DNA of 64,000 nucleotides from Lytechinus pictus (lineage: Eukaryota), in NCBI RefSeq assembly GCF_037042905.1, contig NC_087245.1, forward strand, positions 35,900,001 to 35,964,000. The letters run 5' to 3'. Positions 1 through 12,946 of this stretch are shown here, piece by piece (the first letter of the stretch is position 1; each line of letters opens with the position of its first letter). A model generated the notes under the pieces. It had not been told where the DNA came from, did not search any database, and saw nothing but the letters and a program-made list of their open reading frames with translations. The translations under genes and the position numbers were made by a program.

Positions 1-199
1 ATAGCCCGTCCTGTTCGGCCTTGATCACCGCTGCTCTCGACCCACATCTTGCTCTATTATCACTGTCAACAAAGATTATGATTCGCTCTTAATGTGACTC
101 CTATAAATTGCATCGCTACAATTACAATATTACTTTTCTATCGACATGATCGACAAGAGGATTTTCATTTTGTCCAATATCATTATTAACAATGAATCG

Positions 200-760
200 T
201 TTGAAATTGCTAAAGGCGCTTTTCAAGAAATTTAGGCGAATTGATCAGAAATGTTTTAGGTGTTTATTTGTAAAAGGTTTCAGAAGTTAAACAATCTTTA
301 ACGTCTTCAGGAAGGGTGTTCTATATTTCTTGGAGGATGAATGGACAAATGATCTCCCCCGGGTTTTGGAAACTTTGGGGTTACCATGGTAACGGGATGA
401 CGGGAAGTGGATGAATGTAAGGATCTTGAAGGGTGTAGGTTTTAATTAATGATATGAGGTACAGACAAGAACCAGGTACACTGTGGAAAATTAACAACGA
501 AATCTTAAAAAGTGAACAAATGTTTTTCAGGATGCCAGATTGAGTATTATATAGGAGCAATGCAAATGAGCTTCTTGTATAGAAAATGGTGCAAATGGCA
601 GCATTTTAACGTTTTGGAAGTTTGAATAATTGATTCTGGGGAAGACAATGATTAAACGAGAGAGATTTACCAAAATCGAGTTAGGAAGAACGAAAGCAAA
701 TATCGATTTTCTGTGGCTGGTATAGAGAGAGTATTTCCTAATTAACCCGTTATATTGCTG
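200..760 (-). mobile_element. Decayed L2-clade LINE, C-terminal part of the RT ORF and start of the 3' tail
   Basis: Minus-strand translation across frameshifts and stops gives GLIRKY..IFAFVL / LDFGKSL..LPQNQLFKL..NAA / FKISLLIF..YLISLIKTYT / SRSLHSS..TPK / RSFVHSSSK..NTLPEDVKDC..KTFLINS. This matches the L2/CR1-group C-terminus (LDYCNSLL..KLQ..QNAAAR..Y.P.R.LRS..G.RAF..LWN.LP..LKT.LF). It is collinear with the copy at 5571-5817. Confidence 0.8.
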
Positions 761-3700
761 TTGGTAGGGGAATAATCTATACATGTATAACATAAATGAG
801 ATGTAATTGGCTATTGTAATGATGTGAAAATCAATCTTCGGTTTAGACTAGGATTGCCACAAGAAGTTCACAAATTAACAATGAGATGGAGTCGATGTGT
901 TTTTTATGACTAAATTAAGATATACTTTTGAGCCCAGAAGAAGAATGATTATTATTATCTGAATGAATATCGTTGTTAATATTATTTAATTCATATTTGC
1001 TTTGTTTTTTGTACAGTATGTAATTCGTTTCTGTTTTTCCAATTTTTCCAGTTTATTTCATTTATTTCATTTATTTATTCATAAATTAATTCATACATTC
1101 AGCATTTTTTTATTAATATATCCATTATGAATTTATTGAAGGGGATTCGTAAACACACATTTTGTGATACCATCACCTCTCTCGACCTATATTACGCTTC
1201 GTTATGAATGTCAACATGTTTGTTTACATGATTTACTCTGATAATACATGAACCTTCCATGCGATCTTGGTTGCATATTTCCAATTGGCACTGGTCTATA
1301 TTTTGGATCGAAAAGATGCATATTGGGAGCAAAGGGATGGGAAACAGTCATGAAATAAAGAAAAACAAGTGTTACAGAATTAGAATAAAGAAGAGTTAGC
1401 GTACATGGCAATGTATATGAAGGAGTGGGGGAAGAGAATTAGGGAGCGTCATTTTGGCTTTTACCATAGAGATCAAACATCAGCCATTTTACTCCGTTGT
1501 TAAATTCAAAATGTTATAGTTTAACACCAGTTTGCGTTATTACAACACATTTGGTTTGTGTATGTAAGACACTCTTTTGTGTTAGCTTTATTTTCGAGGT
1601 GTATTTTAATGTGTGGTCAATGTGTGGTCCTCTATAGGGATGCCAACTAATGTCGGTTTTAACACAACAGTTTAAGCAGTGCAATATCTCCTTTAGATAT
1701 GAACTCATCGCATCGCAAAACAGTGGTCATCTGGGATGACCATGCACTACCCTAAAGTGTATGATTTAAAATTTAATGCCAACGTTTAATCTCACCAGCC
1801 AAGTACCTATACTGTATTAGCCACTAGATAAGTGATTTCGAGCCAATGTAATGTTTATACCAGAACTTAATACCCCCGATGCCCTTTTCACCCACGACCC
1901 CTCCCTCCTCCGGCTGGCATTGTTTACGCGTCATGCACGATGACGTCAATTTTGGGACTGGTGCTCTTTTTTGCGGCACCTGGTATAATAAACACCGGCA
2001 CTATATCTTATCATGATGCTGGGTTCTCCAAAGCACTGAGAACGGATCACCAGCTCATCACGATTGCAGCAAAGCTTGACCGATAGCTTGGCAAATGTTT
2101 TGGAGTAGACGTATACACTTGTATAGTTCATATGAAATTGAAAACTACGGTGGAGCTATATGAATACGGCTCGATTGGTTGGACTCCAATGTGGTCTATT
2201 GGAGGTATAGCGTTTACAGTGGTAATGATTTGGGTGATTTGCCACTTCGTGTTATACCTGTACTTGGTCCAAAGCCCTTTTGGTGTAACTGTAAAACTTT
2301 CTTTACAGTAATCGAGAACTATGTGGTCTGATATCAGTTTGATCAAGATGCAACTAGGTCCGTTCTCCATTTTGTCTAATGTAAATGGTTCTTATATTGA
2401 CTAAATTTGTTGTGATAGATATGTTTCTAAAATACCTTATTGAAAGGGGACGTTAACCTTTGCGATAAGCTGCTTTTAATAAAAGCAGACAAAAAATTAG
2501 AAAAATATTGGTGATAGTTTGATGAAAATCAGTCGAATGACGAAATTATGAATTTTCAAAATCTTGATTTTGTGGCTTCGCAGACAAGCAGCTCTTCTTT
2601 ATCATGTGTGAAATAATTGTTTTAAAATGTCATTTTTCTCAACAAATTAAATTTGTTTTTAATTTGTGTGGTGGATATACCATAAAACCCATCATTTTGC
2701 ATCCCCTTAACCTTCTATAAGATGAATATTTTCATTCGTCATGTTCCATAAAAACCAAGGAATTAATTAAATTGATATTACATCATACATCATGGTACAT
2801 GTCATCTTCCTCGGATTCTTCAAACCATTTAAAGATATTTTAAGCAATTGAAACAAAAAAAGCTTAAAACATACATTATTAATTCTGTCTATCTTCAAAA
2901 ACAAAAGAAACAAAAGAAATTAATTAAAAGAACTGACAAGAAAACAATCGATGAAATGAATAATCAACCAGACACTACAGAACCTAATACCAGTATTTCT
3001 TCATTTACTAGAGATAATTAGTTATCATCATTATTTTCGTCAATGATTACGAAGACTGAAATATCAATTTATATGAAGCGGTTCTCATGGATTCGAATAA
3101 GCGAGGCCAATTGATATCGATTTCACTTTCAAGCGGTCACCGTGACCCGAGCAAATTATCCCCGGTGCTAGGTAAAGATGCTATCGATCCACATGTTCTT
3201 GGCGCCAAAATATAATTGGCAAGATCCTCCTAACGGTGGCTCAAGGACGAACATCTTGAATACTTTGAGGTCTGTCCAACGTGTCCAAGTTATGAGAAAT
3301 TAGTATTCAATTAATCATATCAAACAATACGCGTTATCAACAGACGGGAATCAATTGCTGTTATAACAGAATCGAGTGAATAATTCACTCGTTATAGGGA
3401 GTGGATGAATCTGCTAGATTAAATAAGAGTGACTCCACTCGTTATTGAGTGAACTTCACCCATTTAAGAAGTTAAATTTGTGTAAAACGTTCATTCCATG
3501 ATCACTCTATATTCACTCCAAATTGAGTGATATTTTACCTAACTATCAATTGGATTTATAAGCAAGTAAAAAGGAAATACTGCTTAAAGAGCAAAGGTGA
3601 AGTTGCCGATTGTTTCTAGTATATGATACTTATCTCGAAGTTGTATAATTGAAAATGAACTGTCAAAATTATAGAAACGGAATCTTGCCAAGAAAATCTT

Positions 3701-4972
3701 ACACATGGGTTAAATGCATTCAACGATGCAGCAACCAGCTGTAGATCTCCGGTATCAGCGGAGGAAGAAGAAGAAGAAGAGACGATTCTGCTACCAACAG
3801 GAAAATGCGCTAACCATTGTGCCTCTTAAACGTGGTGTTTAGGCAGAATAGTTCAACAGTTCGAGTATAAAATCTTTATTGTATAACCTTGAGTTGTGGT
3901 TTTTTTTTTTTTTAACAAATAATATCTATATTCAAGAAGGGTCCAAAATTGCATGCATGATCTGAATCATATTTTAGAGCCTTAATAACTGACATCCGAC
4001 TGAATCATTGCTCCATCACATTTTATCCCTCTCCATATAAGCTAATTCAGTTAAAACATCGCAATAATAAAAAGTCCTGGATTTAATTGATGGAAATCAA
4101 GATCGAGTAGTATTAGACTTGTGACGCCAGCTTCATTGACCAAATTCTCGAACCTTTCTTTAGCTTGATAATGTTTGGTCTGTCACGATTGATTTTTCAT
4201 CAAGCCAAGTTATTAAGTATTACAAGTAACATGATTCTTAATCCATGCATCGAGATTAAGTCGGAAAATGTATAATGCAAATAATGTACGAATGAAGGAG
4301 GGGGGGTGAGATGATTTGATGATTCTTTCTATTTCATTTCGTTTGTGTATATAATAGGCTGTCTGAATATCTTATTGAGATATATTGAGATATCTAGAAA
4401 TATCCACGGGAATCTTACTTGAGGTTTGAAATGAAATTACACTTTATCTTTATTTGCATTAGAATCGTAAAAAGTAACCATCTTTATCTTTAAATGAAAG
4501 ATATTTTATTCTTTTTTATTATAAATCTCTGAAGAATGGTGGGAACAGTCATGCGGTAGTTATGTGAGTTGAAGTTAAGTTCAGAGAGGACATGCATGCT
4601 CCTCCCAGGCCAGGCTGATTAAGCCGTCAGTTGATTGGTACATTCCAGCGATACGTCATCAATCTCTCAGCACTGATACTCGAAGCGTATTGGTCAGATC
4701 GGGCTTCCCCCCGATTGACGTCATCCGCTGATCTGACCCCAGCGCCAATTACAAGGTGACACTGGAAGTACAATTTTGATTGATGTAGAGAGGTGGATGA
4801 ATTTCCCTCCGAGGGAACGATACCAAAGACCCTTTCAAGAAGTTTGTTCAAATCTTGAACACTCACTATCCAGCACCCCAATTGTCTTTATCCCCATTTT
4901 TAATCTTAATCGGGGGACGCAGAATACCGAATGTTCTATTTGTTGTATATCATAATCATTCTTTTTTTTTAA

Positions 4973-5336
4973 AGGTATTGTTTAACTTTGTGAGCAGCCG
5001 ATTAAAAAAATTCTCAAACCAAGATGAAACATGTGTACAAGTACATGTATTAGAACTAATAAACCCTGAAAACAACCATTATTGAGAATGAAAAGCTAAA
5101 ACTACAAGGCAAACCCCGATTTTGTAAATAGGCGTCTTATAGACGCCTAAATAGTACACATAAGTGTATGGGATGAAATTAGGATGGTGTTTTCGGTCAC
5201 TTTATATATAAATTTTTGAAGCACTAAATAATTATTTTTCTGGGCTTCATTTTTGTAACATATCACAGACACAGGTGACAAGTGTGACCTTCTAGCTCCG
5301 ATTTTTTAAAAGTCAAACCAATGTTAACCAATCTCT
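4973..5336 (+). mobile_element. Non-autonomous DNA transposon with TTAA target duplication (Kolobok-like MITE), copy 1
   Basis: TTAA at 4969-4972 and 5337-5340; AG...CT termini with imperfect TIRs (AGGTATTGTTTAAC / GTTAACCAATCTCT); near-identical reverse-complement copy at 9259-9636. Confidence 0.88.
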
Positions 5337-5570
5337 TTAATCGGCCTGTTTTAATATCCTCAGACATGGTCCAATGTATCGCGAATTAGTGTCTAAAAAA
5401 GTGAGATCTTGATGATATTAATAACGTGGTCTTTCATAGACCTATATATGCAATTGTTTCTAATTGGTTATACCAGCTATTGGCATTATACCGGCAGAAA
5501 GCTGTCCAGTGGAGTTCCTATGGGAATTATCGTTACAAAAAAAAAGTTGTTCAGTTAATTATGTCATTAT

Positions 5571-5817
5571 ATCAAAAGTTATACCCCTTCAAGATGCTTA
5601 CGTTCCTCCTTTTCCAATTCTCTTGTTACCCCAAAAATTTCCAAAACCTGGGGTGAAAGATCATTTGTTTACTCATCCTCTAAGCTATGGAATACATTAC
5701 CTCAAAACATTTCTGTTCAATTCTTCTTAATTTCTTTTATAATATCCTAAAAAGCGCCTTGAGCACTCTACAGAGTGGATTTGGCGCGATATAAGTCTAA
5801 TTATTATTATTATTATT
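5571..5817 (+). mobile_element. 5'-truncated L2 LINE 3' end with (ATT)n tail
   Basis: Frame from 5571 reads IKSYTPSRCLRSSFSNSLVTPKISKTWGERSFVYSSSKLWNTLPQNI; an overlapping frame gives LKTFLFNSS*. It is followed by an L2-type tail AAAGCGCCTTGAG...GGCGCGATATAAGT(ATT)n. Confidence 0.88.
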
Positions 5818-6399
5818 TGATGTTTGGAAATTATATTTCTTTAATGTAATGATGCTCGGACAATAGATTAAACGCCATTTCATCAGAAAGACATGCTATG
5901 TTATTATTGTTGAGTTTAAATAATACAAAAAATATCACTGGGAACTTTAAACGCTACAATGGTCCTTCATTTTCGTAGAAAGGTAGGATTTTCATAATGT
6001 ATTTTACATTGTTTTACTGGGAGCTATACAACTCACAAGTTCTTATGAACTTTTCAGTAGTTTCCGTTTTTCTCTTATACATGTAATTTTCATTCTTGTA
6101 CATATTGTATATTGTTTTTTATATTGGTGAGAAAATAAATAAATTGAACTTGAAATTGAACTTAAGTACAAAAAATTAAATACTATCGCCTGTTTGAATT
6201 ATTGGTTAATGATAAAATGACACCGTAACTGTTTAAATTAATGTTAGGTGATTATATATGTTTTTTAATCTAATTTTAATTTGGAAATGATGAAGATTTT
6301 TTCATTCGCTCTTTTCGAGACATGGGCCTATTGCGTTTGGTTTTTCTCCCCTTTTTCTTTTTGGGGGAAGGCGGGGGGTCCCTCCTAGACTTTGCTATA

Positions 6400-6600
6400 T
6401 GAATGACACTCAGACAATCAATCACATTTTATCCCCCTAATGTCATTACGGAGATTGGCGCTAGCGTGAATGCGCGCGGCTGGAGGAACGGGTCTCTGGG
6501 CTAAAGCTCGCCCGCGGACAACTCCACTGTGATGTATAAATAGCCGACTGTCGTAAATACCACGGCGATTGAAGCCCAGGATGAGATTAAAACGTCATCC
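6400..6600 (+). promoter_or_regulatory. Candidate promoter/enhancer island
   Basis: Locally GC/CpG-rich unique sequence; ATTGG (reverse CCAAT) at 6454-6458; TATAAATAG at 6535-6543. No downstream ORF identified. Confidence 0.25.
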
Positions 6601-7581
6601 ATGTTTCCCCGCATACAAGGTGGATAGAATTTCAGCACAACTATTCCTTGTTTCAGCGCTGACAGCTTAAAGCCTAGGCCTACTTTGTTTTCCTTTTACA
6701 TTTCAATGTGAGGGGCAGGGTAACAGGAGTGGTGTTGGTGTTCTAAATCTAGATACTATGCAAAGTCATATGGAGGCGTCTGATCTGACATTTATGAAAA
6801 TCAGTACTGTCTCCAATACACTTAGTTATGTTTACAAAGTGTATATTGTCTACTTTTATATCTACGCACATGTTGTTGTTTGTTGTTTGTTGGAAATTAA
6901 TGGCGACCAGTCATATTTGACTATTACCGCCAACTCGTTAGGCCAACTATTATTTTCTTTCTTTTCTTCGACGTGTCCTTTAAAATCGTTCCTCTCCTTC
7001 TTTCTTTGTTTTTTCTAATTATTATTATTATTATTATAAAGACTATCGTATCTTACAGGTAACCGCATGATCCCGTCCCTTCTTACGACACCGTCACAGG
7101 AACCTTTCCTTAGGGGCAAATAATGTTTGAAAATATTAGATAATGTGAAAACGATGTAGCGAATTAAGAGACCAAACTTTTCCAGAAGGTGACTCGCTCG
7201 CTCTTTCTGTGGATTAAAAAATAAATAAATAAATAGATAAATGAATAAATAAATTAATTAATAAGTAAATAAATATATAAATAAATAAATAAATAGATTA
7301 AAGTGTTCGATTATGTTGGATTGCGGAGAAGGGCGAGGGGAGTGCAACTGCCTGGCGCGTACGAGTGTAAAATAAGCCCATTTTGAAACGACACTGCAAT
7401 AACTTCCAGTGTCCACTGAAATAGCTGTCAGTGTTTTAACAAAACAACTTCAGCGTGATTCTAAATTGGTGCGTAAGTACTTCTTTGGTGTTTTCATATG
7501 TTAAATAAGAAGGATGGTAAATACCCTATAACATCGGGTATGTTTGTAGCATAACGACTAACGGAGAGCTTGAGGAGCGAG

Positions 7582-8228
7582 TTCACATTCAGATGACTCG
7601 ACAAAAAAACAAGGACGATTGCCTATATGTGATCATGATTGACGACATGTCATTTTATTGAGAAGCATTTGTTCAAAAACGACTAGACGCATGGACAATG
7701 ATGTATAGCCTGTGGGCGAGACCAACAAGAATTCAAATTATAGGCCCATTATGATTTCATATTTATCATAATGTGAGCAATACATCATTGCATCAACCCC
7801 CTACCCCGTCAGAACCTGCATGGGCACGCGAAGGGATGAATAGTTGACGTTGGATGTATCAAATATTTGATCCGGGGCACTGTATCATAAACGCAGCCAG
7901 GGCGCTGTTTCATCTCCATGATGAGAGTGTTATCTTCTTACTGCCCTACATTGTTTGTTTTTCTTTAAATAGTAGGGAACCGTAAAAATCTTGTCGAATG
8001 TTTCAGGCTATAATTGAATTGCGTAAACGTTTTCCTGAAGATATTATGCCAGTTGTGGTATCATGATTTTGCACAGAATCTAATAAAATGACACCCAAAT
8101 GTCTGCATGTATCATTGTCCACGCGTCTTGTCGTTTATTAACAAATGCTTCTCAATAAAATGACATGTCGTCAATCATGACCAAATAGGCATTAGTCCGC
8201 GATTTTTGTTCAGTCATCTGAATGTGAA
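7582..8228. mobile_element. Element with ~120-bp terminal inverted repeats (non-autonomous TIR/foldback-type)
   Basis: 7582-7702 (TTCACATTCAGATGACT...CATGATTGACGACATGTCATTTTATTGAGAAGCATTTGTT...GGACAATGAT) is the reverse complement of 8111-8228. Confidence 0.8.
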
Positions 8229-9093
8229 ATATATAAATATATTTGTCAAAGGATTCTGGGAAAATTTGTAATTGCTGAGAATTTATCGACATAGGCAAGG
8301 ACTGTCAGTTGTCGAGCCTTTTTCCAAGAAACTTTACTACATTATCCCTCGTGTGTTTAGCTGTAGCTGTGTTTTTGTTTTGTAGTAATCTTTATTATTC
8401 ATTCAAATAAAATTCATACATACATTATCAAGAAAATATATATTTAAAAAAATGATAATTGCAGCTGTGAATACACAAATCAAATAACACTGTAATAAAC
8501 ATAGCAGAAAATTTGTATCTGAACAGAGACATAATCCGAAATCGTGCAAAAATAACATTTAACAGCTAATGTTGCAGCTAAAGCAAAAATCAACAAAAAA
8601 GACGTAACGTAACAGCTACGCAAACCGAAAGAATGAATGTAGATTCATTCAAGATTCAAGAATTGTATTTTCATTTCCATGACAAATGTAAATCAAATAC
8701 AGATACAAATCAAAGTATGAGTACAAAATCAATTTTACCTCAGCATAATTATATAATAAAAGCTTGTATGAAATAGTATTAAGCGTGTATATTGAGTTGT
8801 GATCACTACTGAATGTATATTGTGATGATCTTCACAACACAATGTATATTGTATATGTATATTGTTATCTTCAGTGCTATCGTTTTCATCTTAGATTTCA
8901 TGATTTTACTTTTATTACAAAAAAATGTACGTAACAGATCTCCCATACCTGCATTGATCTAGTGACTTAGGTGTTTACTGCAACTACATTTATCAATCTT
9001 TAAACCAACAACGCTTTTCATCCCATTAGTGTTAAAAATAATGAAAACTAATTAGAATGTAGGTTTTACATTAAGTACCAGAAGTAAGTACTT

Positions 9094-9684
9094 GGTGACA
9101 CGACGTTTGCTCTTGCGACAATTGCTCCGATCTTAATATCTCACAGGCCATGGGGTTATAGAGTAAGGATTGTAATAAATTTTTTGGTTCAGAATAATGT
9201 AAACATAATGATTAGGGTTTATTTAGTTTTTGGAGGTTAGATTTTATGTTTGGCTTAAAGTGATTGGTTAACATTGGTTTGACTTTTAAAAAATCTGAGC
9301 TAGAAGGTCACACTTGTCACCTGTGTCTGTGATATGTTACAAAAATGAAGCCCAGAAAAAATTGCGTTCGAAAATAATCATTTAGTGCTTCAAAAATTGA
9401 AATATAAAGTGACCGAAAACACCATCTTAATTTCATCCCATACACTTATGTGTACTATTTAGGCGTCTATAAGACGCCTATTTACAAAATCGGGGTTTGC
9501 CTTGTAGTTTTAGCTTTTCATTCTCAATAATGGTTGTTTTCAGGGTTTATTATTTCTAATACATGCACTTGTACACATGTTTCATCTTGGTTTGAGAATT
9601 TTTTAAATCGGCTGCTCACAAAGTTAAACAATACCTTTAATGTGAAGATTTGCCTCCATGACATTTACCTAATGTCATGGAACC
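9094..9684. mobile_element. Older degenerate TIR element hosting the TTAA MITE insertion
   Basis: Imperfect terminal IRs (GGTGACACGACGTT vs reverse complement GGTTCCATGACATT), subterminal perfect hairpin CCATGACATT-n5-AATGTCATGG (9656-9680), degenerate TTAGGGTT-like interior interrupted at TTAA 9255-9258. Confidence 0.45.
9259..9636 (-). mobile_element. Kolobok-like TTAA MITE, copy 2 (inverted relative to copy 1)
   Basis: TTAA at 9255-9258 and 9637-9640; reverse complement of 4973-5336 with a ~14-bp segment that copy 1 lacks. Confidence 0.88.
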
Positions 9685-12094
9685 ATTCTCTTTAAAAAAA
9701 AACAAATTTGCAATGGATCATCTGAAAAGTCAAGTTTCATTATAGTGCATTGCCCATGTTGGCAATACTCGTTCATCTGTGGAATGAGCGTAGAACTACA
9801 CTATTTCGATGTATACCATTCTTTTTTTAGGCTATCACGTTCAATTCTTGTGTTTTTAATTTTCTCTGGTTTCCGCTTCATAATTTATCATGTCTTGCCA
9901 ATATGGAAAATTCCATGTACTACTCATTTTTTTAATCGATGCTCAACGCACAATAAACGAAAATTCTTTGTGAGACGACAAACCTGTTTGATATATAGCA
10001 TACCTGTGGTTGCCATAGCAACAACCACTTTACGTCATTTGTGGGGCATAGAACCCACAATTTATGTCTGTTTTAAATATAATGTTTGGCAGTGCGATCA
10101 TGGAGACCCCATTTACGAATCTTAGTCACTGCGCGGTGTATTCTGGGTAGTTTTCATTAAACGCCTTTTTAAAACGTCTTCACCATACGTCGATAAAACG
10201 AACGCTCCTGATTATTTAGGACTGGAAACAACCATGCTCGACTTTAATTCTAAACAAAGTGCTGATGCCAGCCAGCGTTTATGCCTCATTTTCCATGTGT
10301 TGAATGAAGACTGTTATTTATGTGTGTAACATTTTTGCGTTAGGGTCAATACGGAATTAAAAGTGTGTGATTGGTGATGGGCGGGCGGGGGGGGGGGGGT
10401 GGTTACTCGAGACGAGAGGAAAGTTACACTGCAGTGTATGCTCGAAATGAAGAGGAAATCGTATTGGTTGAGACTCCAAGTGCATCCCAAAAAGTGGTTT
10501 CTGGAATCAAAGCCCCCCCCAAAAAAAAAAAAAAAAAACCATTACAAAGAATGTGCTTCAGAGCTTATCACATTCCGTTTAGTGCATGTTTCTCTAACAT
10601 ACATTTTCATGCAACCAGGGTTTATAATCCCTCGTTGTGCTCTTTAAATCTGAATTGACAGCTGGTACTTTTAATATTCATTAAAATATTAGTAGAATTG
10701 ACAGTGCTATTAATCTCCATAAATTTACATATTCGCGTATAGTGAGAGAACCGAGTTTATGGAATGGATATCAACGTAACATTAGCAACTGTATGTATCA
10801 TGCAAGCTCATCCGTTGAAATACCCATTATGACTCAAATAGAATTTATTCAAATGGATAGCATCCATTCTGAAATACTTATAAAAATGTACATATCAAAA
10901 AGTTATCAAGGCGTTCCATATTCCACAAGATTACTGCTAATATTATTTATTCTCCACACGTAAAATCAATGCACGCGCTTTTTGTAAGACGTTATAACTT
11001 ATAGATGATGATGATGGTAATGATAATGATAAAAATAATGAAAATAATAATAACAACAATAATAATAATAATGAAAATAAAATAGAAATAATAATGATAA
11101 GGAATTGATTTCTAAAACTAAGATTTATTGCCAAAACAATTTTTATGTATTATCTTTTGTTATGTTTTAGATTGCATTAATAATAGATCATTTGACACAT
11201 GAGAAATTAAAAAAAAAATGCTTGAGCTTGCAATAACAACAAAATAGTAACAAAGTACTGTAGTAGGTGATCTTGACATAAAGGCTGCTATTAACATTGA
11301 TATAGGAAGTTATAACAGCTTAAATTAAAAGTCTCATTAATAACCAAAAGGGGGATTATTTAATACTATACATTGATTTTCTTTACCGCTATGGAGTACA
11401 TGCAGGTTCTGAATCGTTTTCTTGATCATCAAAATATAGAAATAAATATGAGGATTAGTATCACCATAAGTAGGCCTACAATTTTAAGTATAATATTAAA
11501 TATGAATAGAAATTAATACAAGCATAGGTTGTAGTTCAAATATATGAGAATAAGCTCATTGTTATACTATCAAAAAGAATATATCGAATAGGAGGCTGCA
11601 TCTTACAAGCTCCGCCTTTTTAGCAGCCTCCTCAATTCCCAGCTAGCTATTTTGTGGGATAATCTTGATTATGTAATTTTGTATGTAGAAATTTGATAAT
11701 TGTTTTATTGATTATTATCAAGATGTGCAGAACCATATATACATCGTATGTAAATATTCGAAATGGAAATAAATGAAATGAAATAAAATGAAACATACTG
11801 AACATTCACCATGTCAAGATAAATCATTAGGTTTGACCATCCATCTAGTTAAACCACGAAAGAAAAGTTGCATTTTTACGTTTGTCCCTCTGTTTGGATA
11901 AAGGACAAATATACTGTATGTGTATAGCTGATACTGTATAGGTGTAATATTTTCTCTGTATTCAAGGGTATTATAGGGTATTAACGGACTGATATGATAC
12001 CATGTGACCTCGGGCCAAACCTTAATCAGGAAATTGCTCTTTGCCTTGACATTGGAAGGATAATAACATCGATTTCAATTTCCCACCCGAGGGA

Positions 12095-12392
12095 GGGGGT
12101 ATTTCACAAAAAAGTTAAGTGCGACTTGAAATCATGCTTAAGCACCAATGTCCACACGATACTGTAATATCATCGATTATTACACTGTTATGACAGTCAC
12201 ACCAACGAAACCAAACCCATAACGAATGATAATCTGTCATTGGTATAATGTAATATCTTCTATTAAACCGTGACTGGTGACTATGTCCGTGGTTTGGATC
12301 TGACCGACGTGCTAACGCGTTAGCATGGGTTACGTAGTACCGCATGCAACGGGGAATTTTGGGGCACTCTTAAATCTCTGTGACACACCCCC
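12095..12392. mobile_element. Degenerate MITE with GGGGGT.TTTCACA termini, containing a decayed hairpin-MITE copy (~12193-12285)
   Basis: GGGGGTATTTCACA at left and TGTGACACACCCCC at right; interior ACAGTCACACCAACGAAACC resembles the 13316-13426 family. Confidence 0.5.
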
Positions 12393-12946
12393 AGCTCACG
12401 CTAAGTTAATAGATCAATACGTCATCATTAAATCGGCAACGTTAATTGAGTCTCTATTCAAGCGATAAATGAAGGTCATTTTAATAATACGGCGATCTAT
12501 CAAACCGTCACAATGAAACTTCGCCATAAAAATCATTCACATCGTTAAACAATCATGTGATTCCGTCAGTTGCCTTTTACCCCATTATGGTAATTACTTA
12601 CGATATTATTTCAAAAATTACCTTTATTCTGAAGTAAATTTTAACTTAGACCATGCCATCTCTGTGCTTAAATAATGGGGAGCAGGAAAACGTCAAAAAT
12701 TTGTTTACATTGTATGCTTCTTGTGATTTACTATGTTGTTTCCTTATGCTTTAAAGATGAAAACCGAGTTCTTTATACAACCAATGTGGTCCTTGGATGG
12801 TGTGAATAATTTCAACAATTTCTAAATTTTTGAAGAACCTTGAAAGGTTCCAAACACGGGAAAAAAAATGTTCAAAATTTTTTGAGAATGTATGATTTTG
12901 AAAACGAATTAACAGACTGTCATAACTTCAGGTATCTTTCTTAATC

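Noticed and set aside
1211..1411. DPKYRPV resembling the LINE RT NYRPVS motif
   Set aside because: A plausible upstream remnant of the 200-760 L2, but one short motif is insufficient.
1946..2370. Two abutting minus-strand ORFs (80 and 61 aa)
   Set aside because: No recognisable homology; lengths are compatible with chance.
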